Origin: Obrimoposthia wandeli
Taxonomy: Eukaryota
DNA: 64,000 nt
Direction of reading: 5' to 3'
NCBI GenBank assembly: GCA_977020255.1
Contig: CDROCS010001760.1
Coordinates: 1 to 64,000 of the forward strand
Positions 53,098 through 63,722 of this stretch are shown piece by piece. A program made the position numbers and the translations under genes. Numbering within the stretch: the stretch's first letter is position 1; each line of letters opens with the position of its first letter. Under the pieces are notes generated by a model. That model had not been told where the DNA came from. It ran no database searches and saw only the letters and a program-made list of their open reading frames with translations.

Positions 53098-53258
53098 GCC
53101 AGTAAAAGCCTTGAGTTATTTTCATTTCTTGTGAAGATGCACCTATTTCATAGAATGGTTAATTTTATTACTTTTAATCTCTATTTTTGTCGCTGATCTC
53201 AGTCGCAAAATTCGTGTAATTAAGGTAAAGTAGCGCAAATTTTGTCAAGGTTCTCACT

Positions 53259-53930
53259 ATGTCTGATTTCTTAATTGCTCCATCAATTTTATCTGCAGAT
53301 TTTGCTCGTTTGGGCGAAGATGTGGCAAACGTACTTAGCGCTGGCGCTGATGTTGTTCATTTTGATGTAATGGATAATCATTTTGTACCAAATCTTACTT
53401 TTGGCTCAATGATTTGTAAGTCGTTACGCGACTACGGTATTACCGCACCTATTGATGTGCATTTAATGGTGAAACCGGTTGATAGCCTTATTCCTGATTT
53501 TGCTAAAGCAGGCGCAGATATTATTACTTTTCATCCTGAAGCGAGTGATCATATCGACAGAACCTTACAGTTAATTAAAGACCATGGTTGTAAAGCCGGT
53601 TTAGTACTTAACCCCGCAACACCACTGCATGTGCTTGATTTTGTTATGGACAAGCTTGACGTTATTTTATTAATGTCAGTTAATCCAGGTTTTGGCGGTC
53701 AATCTTTTATTCCTACTACGTTAGATAAATTACGTTTAGTACGTGAAAAAATTGATGCCAGTGGTTTTGATATTCGTTTACAAGTAGATGGCGGCGTTAA
53801 AGCAGATAATATTGCTGATATTGCCAAAGCGGGCGCAGATATGTTTGTTGCTGGCTCAGCTATTTTCTCTAAGCCAGATTACAAAGTGGCTATTGATGAA
53901 ATGCGCGCAGAATTAGCAACCGTAAAATAA
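53259..53930 (+). CDS. rpe: Ribulose-phosphate 3-epimerase
   Basis: [44 protein letters not shown]. Confidence 0.98.
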   Translation: MSDFLIAPSILSADFARLGEDVANVLSAGADVVHFDVMDNHFVPNLTFGSMICKSLRDYGITAPIDVHLMVKPVDSLIPDFAKAGADIITFHPEASDHIDRTLQLIKDHGCKAGLVLNPATPLHVLDFVMDKLDVILLMSVNPGFGGQSFIPTTLDKLRLVREKIDASGFDIRLQVDGGVKADNIADIAKAGADMFVAGSAIFSKPDYKVAIDEMRAELATVK

Positions 53931-53992
53931 TAAACAGCTATTAAAGCTGTTAAGTAATAGATTAAATAATTCAAAGAATTAAAGGATAAAAA

Positions 53993-54997
53993 ATGAGTAA
54001 ACCTATTGTATTAAGTGGCTGCCAGCCGTCAGGCGAGTTAACTATTGGTAATTACCTTGGCGCGTTAAAGCAATGGGTAAGCATGCAAGACAGCCACGAA
54101 TGTTATTACATGTTGGTTGATCAACATGCTATTACGGTTCGTCCTAAAGCGGAAGATTTACGTAAAGCGACGCTAGATGGATTAGCCTTGTACTTAGCCT
54201 GTGGTGTTGACCCTGAAAAAAGCACTATTTTTATTCAGTCACATGTACCAGAGCACGCGCAATTGAGCTGGGTATTAAATTGCTACACTCAAATGGGTGA
54301 GCTAAACCGCATGACACAATATAAAGATAAGTCGGCAAAGTCTGAAGCGAATATGAACTCAGGCTTATTTACTTATCCGGTATTAATGGCGGCTGATATT
54401 TTATTATACGGCGCAAATAAAGTACCTGTTGGCGATGATCAAAAACAACATTTAGAATTAGCTCGTGATATTGCAACGCGTTTTAATAATTTACACGGCG
54501 AAACGTTCAAAGTACCAGAGCCTTATATTCCAGAGTTTGGTGCCCGTGTAATGAGCTTATTAGAGCCAACGAAAAAAATGTCTAAGTCTGATACTAACCC
54601 AGGTAACTTTATTGGTTTATTAGAAGATACGAAGAAAATCACCAAGAAAATTAAACGTGCAGTAACTGACTCTGACGAAGCGGCCAATATCTATTTTGAT
54701 ATTGCTGAAAAGCCAGGCGTGTCTAACTTATTGTCATTACTATCGTGTACTACCGGTAAAACGGTTGAAGAGCTTGTACCTGAATACGAAGATAAAATGT
54801 ATGGCCACTTAAAAGGTGATGTTGCTGAAGCCGTAGTTGCTTTGCTTGCGCCGATTCAAGAGCGTTATCATCAATTTCGTAACGACCAAGCTTACTTAGA
54901 TGAAGTGATGCGCAAAGGTGCTGAAAAAGCCTCTGCACGTGCAGCTAAGCTACTAGCTGAAGTTTACCAAGCAGTAGGTTTTATCGCTAAGCCTTAA
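53993..54997 (+). CDS. trpS: Tryptophan--tRNA ligase
   Basis: [44 protein letters not shown]. Confidence 0.98.
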   Translation: MSKPIVLSGCQPSGELTIGNYLGALKQWVSMQDSHECYYMLVDQHAITVRPKAEDLRKATLDGLALYLACGVDPEKSTIFIQSHVPEHAQLSWVLNCYTQMGELNRMTQYKDKSAKSEANMNSGLFTYPVLMAADILLYGANKVPVGDDQKQHLELARDIATRFNNLHGETFKVPEPYIPEFGARVMSLLEPTKKMSKSDTNPGNFIGLLEDTKKITKKIKRAVTDSDEAANIYFDIAEKPGVSNLLSLLSCTTGKTVEELVPEYEDKMYGHLKGDVAEAVVALLAPIQERYHQFRNDQAYLDEVMRKGAEKASARAAKLLAEVYQAVGFIAKP

Positions 54998-55059
54998 GTG
55001 ATTAGCTACTAATACTGTCAAGTGACTAAACTTACGTTTGTCAGTGTTCAGTAAGATAT

Positions 55060-55090
55060 AAAAAAGCCGTCGTATTTACGACGGCTTTTT
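55060..55090. terminator. Bidirectional terminator between trpS and the FHA gene
   Basis: AAAAAGCCGTCGTA-TT-TACGACGGCTTTTT. Confidence 0.87.
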
Positions 55091-55164
55091 AGTTTTTCAC
55101 ACTTCAATTTTTCATGATGCAATTCAGCGTTAAATCTACTTTATTATTTAACGCTGAATCCTAA

Positions 55165-56133
55165 CTATTCTTTATTGTCTTCAGCCGCTTCTTTCGTTAC
55201 TTTTTCAAATAACTTGGCACTGTCACTGACAAAGCTTTCAACATCACTGCTTGGTGTGAACAAGAATGCAGGCGACATGATTGTAGTGTCAAACTGCGGT
55301 CGAGGATTAAACTCTGGCTGCTTGCTCATTTGAATAACAAAGCTGCCACCAAACAATAAGACGATCAAACTTGATGCGACTACATTTCGTCGACGTAAGG
55401 TCATATGAAAGCCGACATAACAATTGAGCCAAAATAAGCAAAACGCTAATATCAATGGAATGATCGTTAAGGTCCATAACATTGAGAAGTTGCTTGAGGT
55501 ATTAAAGTGCACAATGTTTTCGAAAATATCACTGAGCCACATCAAGTTAAAAAAGATAAAGCTAATACCCATTTGCGTCCAAAAGCGAGCATCGTGTTTG
55601 GTTAGGTGCGACACTAATGCAATACCGGCAGGCCATAAAGCAAAGCCTAAGGTTAAACCAATAGTAGGTACTAGCATTTGCGTTAAGGTTACTTCGTTGG
55701 CGTTGTTTAAATTGATAATCCAACCAGCGATTAGGGCAAAGAAGACCATGCTTAATGTTAGCGCTATCGGGTGACGTGCAATGTTGATCAAATTTTCGAA
55801 TGTGCTAATGGCAATACTTTCTGAAACTGGATGGCTTGGAAAAACAAAGCGAACTTGGCTTTTTCCAATAGTGATAATGTCGCCTGATTGCACTTTGTGC
55901 TGAATGACGTTGTCTTTACTATTTTCTAGGTAACTGCCATTAATAGAGCCTTGATCATCAACGAGCCAGTCTTCACCATTAAAATGTAATTGTAGGTGAT
56001 CAGCGCAAACGTGTGGGTCGCTAATGATAATATCGTTGTCGTAGCCGCGGCCAATAGTAATGTTGTTGGTATTAAACTTTTGGCGACTTAACAACTTATG
56101 ACCATGACTGAGTTCTTCAATAATTATTTCCAT
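55165..56133 (-). CDS. FHA-domain membrane protein
   Basis: IGRGYDNDII..DPHVCADH, GSINGSY, GDIITIG, then about 5 TM segments. Confidence 0.82.
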   Translation of the reverse strand: MEIIIEELSHGHKLLSRQKFNTNNITIGRGYDNDIIISDPHVCADHLQLHFNGEDWLVDDQGSINGSYLENSKDNVIQHKVQSGDIITIGKSQVRFVFPSHPVSESIAISTFENLINIARHPIALTLSMVFFALIAGWIINLNNANEVTLTQMLVPTIGLTLGFALWPAGIALVSHLTKHDARFWTQMGISFIFFNLMWLSDIFENIVHFNTSSNFSMLWTLTIIPLILAFCLFWLNCYVGFHMTLRRRNVVASSLIVLLFGGSFVIQMSKQPEFNPRPQFDTTIMSPAFLFTPSSDVESFVSDSAKLFEKVTKEAAEDNKE

Positions 56134-57377
56134 GAAACAGACTCCATAAACTTAGTCAAAAAGGCGAGAGAGGTCTCTTGTGCAACACCTGACATGGTAA
56201 AATGACTCAGTAGTGCGTACTGCTCATGATCAACCGAGATGGCAATGTAGAGCACATCGTACAGTTCAGGGAAATCTTTATAAGCACGGGTACAAAATAC
56301 CGCTTTGTTTTTAATGTTGCTGCTTTGAGGTGTAACAATGTCATGCTGACATTGATATTCAGTAACATCGTCTTTACCTGCTTGATTACCTGGCGCTACT
56401 TGGTTTAATTGGCGTTCAAAAATATGATAAAACTTGGTGCTACCAAACTTATCTGATTCCATATAACGGTATTCCATTTCTAATGAGCCGGTAAAAAAGT
56501 CAGAAGAAATATAAGTGTTCTCATCTAAATCACAGTTGGCAACCGCAGCCATTATTTGGGCGTCGACTTTATCTGAATTTGATTCACCCCAACAGCGCAC
56601 AAAGGGTACGTCGATAGTCGGAATTAAACCGCGTCCAAGTTGCTTTAATTGCCAGTCGCTGTTGAGTATGGTGGTAATTAATTTGTCTTGGTTTTGCATC
56701 AATTGCTCAGCCATTTGCTGCTCAATGCTCTCCGGTGGGCTAGTTTTATACGCTAAGTAAAGTGCTTTTAGTTTGTCATGTGGCACTAAAAATCCGATTT
56801 GATTACCCGAGGTTGCAACATTAATACCAACAACTTCAGTATTTTTGTTTACTACTGGGCCGCCACTCATGCCTGAGTTTACTGAACCTGTAAAATGAAT
56901 ACGGTCGTTAAATGATTCATTTTTCAAACCGTTATAAGTGCCTGGTACCACTATCATGCCTAAGTCATGCGGGTTACCCAGTGAATAGAGTTCTTCACCT
57001 TTAGTAGGCGATTGTTGGGCAATTTCAAAAAATGGCATGTCGGAACTGACATCACGTTGCACTATGGCCAAGTCATTAATAACATCAACACTCTTTAAGG
57101 TCAGTGTTGCTTTATTGCCTTTGTTGTCTAAATACTCAATGGTGTATTTATTGGGGTGGCGTGCGAAGCCAGAAATTACGTGATAATTGGTAGCAATAAG
57201 TCCATCGCTACTGATTTGAAAGCCCGAGCCAATAGAGGATTTTTCGCCACTGGCTTTGTCGATTAAACGAATTTGATAAAGTGAGGGGGCCAGTTGCTTA
57301 AAAATTTCTTCGGCCTGCTCAACTGCAACACTTAATGTGCTAAAACACATCAGTAGCAGAGCAAAAATAGCTTTCAT
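56124..57377 (-). CDS. Exported trypsin-like (S1) serine protease with Cys-rich C-terminal domain
   Basis: Signal peptide from ATG 57377; GSGF, ATNYHV, NDLA, GMSGGP triad; no PDZ domain seen. Confidence 0.85.
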   Translation of the reverse strand: MKAIFALLLMCFSTLSVAVEQAEEIFKQLAPSLYQIRLIDKASGEKSSIGSGFQISSDGLIATNYHVISGFARHPNKYTIEYLDNKGNKATLTLKSVDVINDLAIVQRDVSSDMPFFEIAQQSPTKGEELYSLGNPHDLGMIVVPGTYNGLKNESFNDRIHFTGSVNSGMSGGPVVNKNTEVVGINVATSGNQIGFLVPHDKLKALYLAYKTSPPESIEQQMAEQLMQNQDKLITTILNSDWQLKQLGRGLIPTIDVPFVRCWGESNSDKVDAQIMAAVANCDLDENTYISSDFFTGSLEMEYRYMESDKFGSTKFYHIFERQLNQVAPGNQAGKDDVTEYQCQHDIVTPQSSNIKNKAVFCTRAYKDFPELYDVLYIAISVDHEQYALLSHFTMSGVAQETSLAFLTKFMESVSWK

Positions 57378-57774
57378 TGAATATCCTTTTTTATTATGAC
57401 GGTAACGGCTTTGCACACATAAGATAACCTTGCAGCCCTTTGGTTCATTTTAATACCAAGGTTAAGGTTTATCACCATTGTGCCACTGTAATCCCATTTG
57501 TCATCTTTTATCCAATAATAAGATTTTTATGTTTACTTAATGAACAATTCATTGGATTTGTTTGATAAAAGATTATTTAGGCGTGCCAGAACAGTAGTGT
57601 GCTAAACCTTTTTGGCACTGACTTATGTTTTTTGCAGCACTGGTGAGTAATAGAACGCTCATTATTAGCTTACATTAACTCAGATTAGGTAATCGTTAGC
57701 ATGGCATTCTGCTGATCTTCAATGAACACTTACGGTATTAATACGATGAGTATAAAAGTTGGTGGTAAGAACAT

Positions 57775-58040
57775 TATACCCAAGCCACTTGAAGATGCAG
57801 GATTCAGCAAGTCGAGAAAGGGTTAGCACCAAGGCATTGATTGAAGATAATGGTTGTTCCATTGTCGAAATCAATAACGCCGGAGATGACCCTTTATCGC
57901 CTTGCCCGAAGGGAGCTAAGCTAGAAAACCAGCTCAGCGTTGCAGCACTTGATAAGGGAATAACCATTGTCTTCGTGCTGCGCCTTGACCTGATTTCCTA
58001 GCTTAGCTCTGAAACTGCATCTTCAAGTGGTTTGGGTATA
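57775..58040 (+). mobile_element. ERIC-like MITE family A, copy 3 (262 bp plus TA duplication), intergenic
   Basis: TA|TACCCAAGCCACTTGAAGATGCAG ... CTGCATCTTCAAGTGGTTTGGGTA|TA. Confidence 0.97.
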
Positions 58041-58156
58041 TAGGGCAGTGATAAGCATAAATTATCGCTGAAATTACCTCTGATTACTGTGTTAGATCAA
58101 GATAGCGTTAAAATGCAAGGGTATAGTGTTGTTGTAAAGCGTTCAATTTAGTATCA

Positions 58157-58175
58157 TTAAATGATAATTATTATC
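58157..58175. promoter_or_regulatory. Fur box upstream of feoAB
   Basis: TTAAATGATAATTATTATC, 15/19 match to GATAATGATAATCATTATC. Confidence 0.8.
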
Positions 58176-58190
58176 GTTAAGGCGATCGTT

Positions 58191-58421
58191 ATGACATTAT
58201 CTGAATTAACCGTGAATCAACAAGCTCGTATTCGTTACTTACCTGAGAATTTCGATTTAAGTGCGCAGCTAATTGAGCAGGGCTTTGCCTTAAAAAGTGA
58301 TATTTCTTTGGCGCATCGAGCACCATTTAATGGTCCGCTTGCCTTTCATCTGCATGGCACAAAAATATGCATACCGGTTGCTATCGCTAAACAAATTAAA
58401 ATTGAGCTATTAACAACATGA
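58191..58421 (+). CDS. feoA: Ferrous iron transport protein A
   Basis: LIEQGF...APFNGPLAFHLHGTKI; start moved to ATG 58191, past the Fur box. Confidence 0.88.
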   Translation: MTLSELTVNQQARIRYLPENFDLSAQLIEQGFALKSDISLAHRAPFNGPLAFHLHGTKICIPVAIAKQIKIELLTT

Positions 58422-60598
58422 TCGAACAAAATTTTGCACTAGTCGGTTTTGCAAACTCTGGAAAAAGTACCTTATTTAATGCCTTGTCAGGGGCAAAACA
58501 GAAAACAGGCAACTGGACAGGCGTTACCGTTGCCGCTAAACAGCAGCAGTGTTTATTAAATAACAAACAGACCTTACTTTCAGATTTACCCGGTATTAGT
58601 TCACTAGCTCAGCGTAACCAGCAAGGTAAAGACTTGTCGATTAGCCAAAACTTTATTGGTGCGCAAGCTATTGATTGCATCATTAACGTTATTGACGCCA
58701 CACAACTTAAACGCCAACTTTATTTAACTACGCAGTTGCTCGAACTGGGTTTACCCATGATTGTGGTACTTAATAAAGTGGATCGTAAAGAAGCTGCGAA
58801 TATAGACCTGAAAAAACTTTCTGAGCTTTTGGGTTGTCCAGTTGTTGCGGAAAATAGTATCGGCAAAAATGCAGGTCGAGCGATAATAGCCGCTCTGCAG
58901 CATATTCCTAGCCCAAGCGTTAAGGGTAGTTTGTTAGTTTTACCTGAGGAGTTAGCCGACTACGAAGGCATGCCGCTTGAGTTAGAGCGCAAAGCTTGTA
59001 GTAAGGCACAAGGTTGTCAGTCAACGGATAAAAATGCCATGGCAGTGATGCAGGCGAGATACGACTTTATTCATCAGGTCTTGGCAGAAACTGTAACAGC
59101 ACCGTTAGATAACTCGCGCCTAAGCGATCAATTAGATCGCTGGATGTTGCACCCTATATTAGGTGTGCCGATCTTCTTAGTGATGATGTATTTGCTATTC
59201 ATGTTCGCGATTAATGTCGGTAGTGCTTTTATTGATTTTTTTGATATTTTAGCTGGCGCGATATTTGTAGACTATCCATTACATTTTCTCAGTAGTTTTA
59301 ACTTACCTGAATGGCTAATAACTATTTTAAGTGGTGTTGGGCTAGGTATTCAAACCGTAGCAACTTTTATCCCCGTTATTGCCTGTTTATTTATTGGTTT
59401 ATCGGTATTAGAGAGTAGTGGTTATTTAGCCCGAGCTGCCTTTGTTGTTGATACTGCGATGCAAAAAATTGGTTTGCCTGGTAAGGCCTTTGTGCCATTG
59501 ATTGTTGGCTTTGGCTGTACCGTGCCGGCCGTGATGTCAGCACGTATTCTAGATAACGAACGTGAAAGAATTACCACTGTGATGATGTCACCATTTATGT
59601 CTTGTGGTGCCCGCTTACCTGTTTACGCTTTATTTGCGGCGGCATTTTTCCCTGAGTCAGGCCAAAACTTAGTTTTCTTGTTGTACCTGATTGGTATTGC
59701 TGCAGCATTGTTTACTGGTTTGTTGTTGAAGAAAACAATTTTAATGGGTAAAAATTCTATTAATATTATGGAATTACCTTTGTACGAATGGCCAAAGCTG
59801 TCTTATTTATATAAGCGTGTTTGGCAACGTACACGTTCATTTGTTGTCGGCGCAGGTAAAACCATTGTTGTTGTGGTGTGTATTTTAAACTTCTTCAACT
59901 CTCTGGGTAGTGATGGTGAGTTTGGTCACCATGACAGCGCAGATTCGCTGTTAAGTATGAGCGCACAAGTGGTGACGCCTTTACTCGCACCTATGGGTGT
60001 AAAGGAAGATAATTGGCAAGCAAGTGTCGGTATTATTACCGGGCTGTTTGCAAAAGAAGCCTTAGTCGCGACGTTTAATAGCCTATATTCACCGGCGTCT
60101 GAAGCACCAACAGATCCTGATTCATTGTCAGATTTATGGCAACAAGCCATCAGCAGCATTGGTGATAACCTGGGCGGAATAGAGGCTGATGATCCATTAG
60201 GTACTGATATTGGCGATGTTTCAAGTATTGAAGCGGCGGCAGAAGAGCAAGGAGTTTCAGAAAGCACCATTACTATCATGCAAGCTGCTTTTGCTGGAAA
60301 AATAGGCGCATTTTGCTACTTATTGTTTATTTTACTTTATACGCCATGTGCTGCGGCAATGGGGGCGATTAAAAATGAAGTAGGTACAAGTTGGGCTGTA
60401 TTTGCCGCGTTATGGAGTTTTACGTTGGCTTACTTATCAGCAACTGCATGTTACCAAGTGGCTGTGTTTTCATCGCAACCACTTGATTCATCTATTAGTC
60501 TTATCTTCGTTGTTGCTGTATTTTTGAGTATTTATTATGGGCTCAAACACGCAGGCGGGAAAATACTAACGATACCGACTTTAGTGTCATATCGTTAA
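58418..60598 (+). CDS. feoB: Ferrous iron transport protein B
   Basis: NSGKSTLFN, GNWTGVTV, DLPG, NKVD, LEESG-like SGYLARAAF, GFGCTVPA, FMSCGARLPVY, LYTPC. Confidence 0.96.
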   Translation: MIEQNFALVGFANSGKSTLFNALSGAKQKTGNWTGVTVAAKQQQCLLNNKQTLLSDLPGISSLAQRNQQGKDLSISQNFIGAQAIDCIINVIDATQLKRQLYLTTQLLELGLPMIVVLNKVDRKEAANIDLKKLSELLGCPVVAENSIGKNAGRAIIAALQHIPSPSVKGSLLVLPEELADYEGMPLELERKACSKAQGCQSTDKNAMAVMQARYDFIHQVLAETVTAPLDNSRLSDQLDRWMLHPILGVPIFLVMMYLLFMFAINVGSAFIDFFDILAGAIFVDYPLHFLSSFNLPEWLITILSGVGLGIQTVATFIPVIACLFIGLSVLESSGYLARAAFVVDTAMQKIGLPGKAFVPLIVGFGCTVPAVMSARILDNERERITTVMMSPFMSCGARLPVYALFAAAFFPESGQNLVFLLYLIGIAAALFTGLLLKKTILMGKNSINIMELPLYEWPKLSYLYKRVWQRTRSFVVGAGKTIVVVVCILNFFNSLGSDGEFGHHDSADSLLSMSAQVVTPLLAPMGVKEDNWQASVGIITGLFAKEALVATFNSLYSPASEAPTDPDSLSDLWQQAISSIGDNLGGIEADDPLGTDIGDVSSIEAAAEEQGVSESTITIMQAAFAGKIGAFCYLLFILLYTPCAAAMGAIKNEVGTSWAVFAALWSFTLAYLSATACYQVAVFSSQPLDSSISLIFVVAVFLSIYYGLKHAGGKILTIPTLVSYR

Positions 60599-60714
60599 TA
60601 TTGTTCAGCACGAGCTTTAAATGAGCTTGTGCTGGCTATCTTGTCGCACATCGTTGCGCTGCATGAGCTATAATTGACTCACTCTACTATTTTCTAAAAT
60701 TTAATGTTGAAATT

Positions 60715-61107
60715 ATGAATAATCTACAAGCTAAGCATTATTTGCTGACTAAAACGGAAGCCGTTGAATATTTTCCTTTTGGCCCTGATGTCAGTGTTTT
60801 TAAAGTGAAACATAAAATGTTTGCAACACTATCTTTAGGTGACGGTAATGAAAAAGGTACTGACGGTAAAATGGCTGGGCACTATTGTATTAATTTGAAA
60901 TGCGACCGTGATGAAGCGGCTTCATTGCGTGATGTTTTTTCTGCTGTTATACCGGGATACCACATGAATAAAGCCCAGTGGAATACGGTAATCTTGGATG
61001 GTTCAATTCCGCAGGGCGAAATTGAACGTATGATTGATAATTCTTATATGTTGGTGGTCAGTAAAATGACCAAAGCAGACCAAGCGTCACTGTTAATTCA
61101 CTCTTAA
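60715..61107 (+). CDS. MmcQ/YjbR family protein
   Basis: FPFGPDVSVFKVKHKMFA, NLKCD, PGYHMNKAQWNTV. Confidence 0.9.
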   Translation: MNNLQAKHYLLTKTEAVEYFPFGPDVSVFKVKHKMFATLSLGDGNEKGTDGKMAGHYCINLKCDRDEAASLRDVFSAVIPGYHMNKAQWNTVILDGSIPQGEIERMIDNSYMLVVSKMTKADQASLLIHS

Positions 61108-61161
61108 ATTTCGGTACTGTTTTGTTCAATATTCTCTTATGCCTTATATAGAAACTGGCGG

Positions 61162-62049
61162 TTAATGATTTGCTAGCCAGTTTGACGCATGACTCCACAG
61201 CACTTGAGATTTTCTGCTAAAAAATTTCATATGACCTATCTCGCTTAATGCATAATCATTAGGTGATAAAGTTATCCTCTGGGCCTTTAATTTTGTAAAA
61301 ACCGCGAGCATATCATCAACATTTGTATCAAGGGCGATGTCGTCATCTATAGCATTGACCCACATTGAAGGAATAGTTAAGTCATCGTATAAATGACGAT
61401 GTACCGTTTTGCCAAAAGCGGCTTTTACATAACCTTCACTATTGCACCATGCTCGCCACTGTTGAGCTACTGCTTTGGGCAAAGGTTCCCCCATACCAAC
61501 CCAGTGAGTTTTTGTGTAACCAAACAAGGTATTACTCAATGGAATGAAAAAATTCATGAAAAAGTGCGCTTTAATTGCATGCAATGGTGTCATGTTTTTT
61601 AATTGCCCTGACGAGCTAGCAACATTAAAAATAGAACTTAGTTCTTGAGCATTATGCATTAAGCCAACGAGTTGCCCACCAGCACTATGTCCTATTAAAT
61701 GGTATTTAGTACTGGGGAATGCAGTTTTAAGTTGCTCGAGTACCGCAGGCATATCCTTTTCACCCCAACATTGCAGTGATGCAGTGCTATTTTTTATCTC
61801 ACTAAGCAATGATCCACCAATGCCTCTGTTATCAAAGGTAATAACGCCATAACCCGCTTCAGCAATAAAAGTAGCGAAGTTTGCATAAAATTGTCTTTTT
61901 ATGCCGGTGGCAGGGCCAATTAGTACTGCTCCTTTTAAGGGCTTTTTAGGTGAGTAGGTGGTGGCGGCAAGTGCAACATTATCGGCACAAATTATTTTTG
62001 ATTCAGTAATATAAACGTTAGACATAAAATGTAGTGCTCTGGCATGCAA
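61162..62049 (-). CDS. Alpha/beta hydrolase
   Basis: PATGIKRQFY, FDNRGIG, GHSAGG, IGHMKFF; true start probably the ATG about 8 codons in. Confidence 0.85.
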   Translation of the reverse strand: MHARALHFMSNVYITESKIICADNVALAATTYSPKKPLKGAVLIGPATGIKRQFYANFATFIAEAGYGVITFDNRGIGGSLLSEIKNSTASLQCWGEKDMPAVLEQLKTAFPSTKYHLIGHSAGGQLVGLMHNAQELSSIFNVASSSGQLKNMTPLHAIKAHFFMNFFIPLSNTLFGYTKTHWVGMGEPLPKAVAQQWRAWCNSEGYVKAAFGKTVHRHLYDDLTIPSMWVNAIDDDIALDTNVDDMLAVFTKLKAQRITLSPNDYALSEIGHMKFFSRKSQVLWSHASNWLANH

Positions 62050-62263
62050 AGTCGCATTCTGATGGTATGACCAGTTTTAAAGCTTCAGATGATAAAAATC
62101 AAGAGGTTTAATCAAAACAATGCCAACTATATGTTTGATCTGAATTTGTGCTTGTCTCGTATTACTTGTTAATAGTAACGTAGCGTTAGTAAATTGCATT
62201 ACGTTTGAGTCATTGTTTAATTAGTTGTTCAACTAATTTTTGATTTCTAGGAGTAGTAAATAA

Positions 62264-62881
62264 TTGTTCTCACATAAATTGTTAGGCGTTATATTCGACC
62301 TTGACGACACCTTGGTATCGTCGTCTTTAAACTTTGATAAGATAAGAAAGTCGCTAGGTTGCCCACAAAATATCGACTTACTAGATTTTGTTGCTGCCTT
62401 GCCTGCTGATCAGAAAATTGATGCCAATGAGCAATTGCTTACCTACGAAATCAATGATGCCATGAATGCTACAAATATGCCTGGTACTGAGCAATTATTG
62501 GCGTTGTTGTCTAATTTAGCTATACCTTGCGCTATTGTTACCCGTAACTGTCGCCAAGCAGCTGCAATTAAAGTGAGCAATAACAATCTTGATATTGCAC
62601 TGGTATTAACCCGTGAAGATCACAAAGCAAAACCCGCACCAGATGCGCTATTACATGTTGCAAAGTTATGGCAACTAGCACCAGAAAATTTACTTTATGT
62701 TGGTGACTACTTATATGATTTACAAGCCGCGAACAATGCCAAAACAATGTCGAGTTTAGTGACCAATGGTAAAACGCTTGATTATGCTCATTTAGCGGAT
62801 ATTGTTGTTGATAACCTGATTGAGCTAAGCGATAAAATTCAAGCCGAGTTTGTTGCTGATTCGGTTCATGTTGTTAGTTAG
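62264..62881 (+). CDS. HAD-family hydrolase
   Basis: FDLDDTLV, VTRN, KPAPD, YVGDYLYD. Confidence 0.88.
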   Translation: MFSHKLLGVIFDLDDTLVSSSLNFDKIRKSLGCPQNIDLLDFVAALPADQKIDANEQLLTYEINDAMNATNMPGTEQLLALLSNLAIPCAIVTRNCRQAAAIKVSNNNLDIALVLTREDHKAKPAPDALLHVAKLWQLAPENLLYVGDYLYDLQAANNAKTMSSLVTNGKTLDYAHLADIVVDNLIELSDKIQAEFVADSVHVVS

Positions 62882-62936
62882 TTGTTGTTGGCTAGTTGAT
62901 TAAATAGTGATTTTTTAGTGATAAACAGGCGGGAAC

Positions 62937-63554
62937 ATGCGAAATATTACCAGGTTGTTATTGTTATCTATCAGTACCTTTAGCACTGCTCAAGGTTATG
63001 CTTGGCAGCAAGGGGATCTACAAATTAATCAGCAAAAAATTATCACTTCGAATAGCGAGAACGCCTTTATGATTGATTTTTCTCAGCAACACCGCCTTGA
63101 TAGCTGGCGCATTACTAATGATGGCGTAATGGGAGGAAAGTCCAAAGGCGAATTTTTATTGCAGGACCACAAGGCGTTATTTAAAGGTGATATTTCTCTG
63201 GATAATAATGGTGGCTTTAGTTCGGTATTTCACTCGATAGAGCCCTTGGCTGAAGCCCTAGATCAAGTCACTATTGATATCGAAGGCGATGGCTTAACTT
63301 ATCAACTCAGGATGGTGGTAAATCATGAAGGTTATCGCTTATCTTATAAACATGATTTTACTACCTTAGTAGAGCAACGACAAACCTTGCGTTTTTCTTT
63401 GGCTGACTTTCAAGCATCTTTTCGGGGCCGCATTCTTGATAACGCGCCGAGATTATTATCACAAGATATTCGCGAAATTGGCTTTTTAGTGACGAACAAG
63501 AATGCCGGGCCTTTCGAGCTAACTATTTTTAGTGTACAGCTCGCTAAAAAGTAA
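62937..63554 (+). CDS. CIA30-like domain protein with signal peptide
   Basis: WRITNDGVMGGKS, SLDNNGGFSSV, GDGLTYQL, FQASFRGR. Confidence 0.85.
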   Translation: MRNITRLLLLSISTFSTAQGYAWQQGDLQINQQKIITSNSENAFMIDFSQQHRLDSWRITNDGVMGGKSKGEFLLQDHKALFKGDISLDNNGGFSSVFHSIEPLAEALDQVTIDIEGDGLTYQLRMVVNHEGYRLSYKHDFTTLVEQRQTLRFSLADFQASFRGRILDNAPRLLSQDIREIGFLVTNKNAGPFELTIFSVQLAKK

Positions 63555-63722
63555 CGGGTGTTAAATGATAGCACTGTACTTGAGCTGCTATGCTGTTGAA
63601 GTACAGTGCTGTAGAAGCAAAGTTTTTGAGATAGAACACTTTCGAATTAAAGCGCTTTCGAATCAAGGTATTATAAAAAATGAGCGCTATCAAGAGGCAG
63701 CATAGAAACTATGCTGCTATTC

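Noticed and set aside
53098-54997. rpe-trpS without gph between them or dam upstream
   Set aside because: Ordinary synteny variation, with no remnant or scar visible.
57420-57500. Hairpin upstream of the protease gene as a c-di-GMP riboswitch
   Set aside because: Only a generic stem is visible; the conserved riboswitch nucleotides could not be matched.
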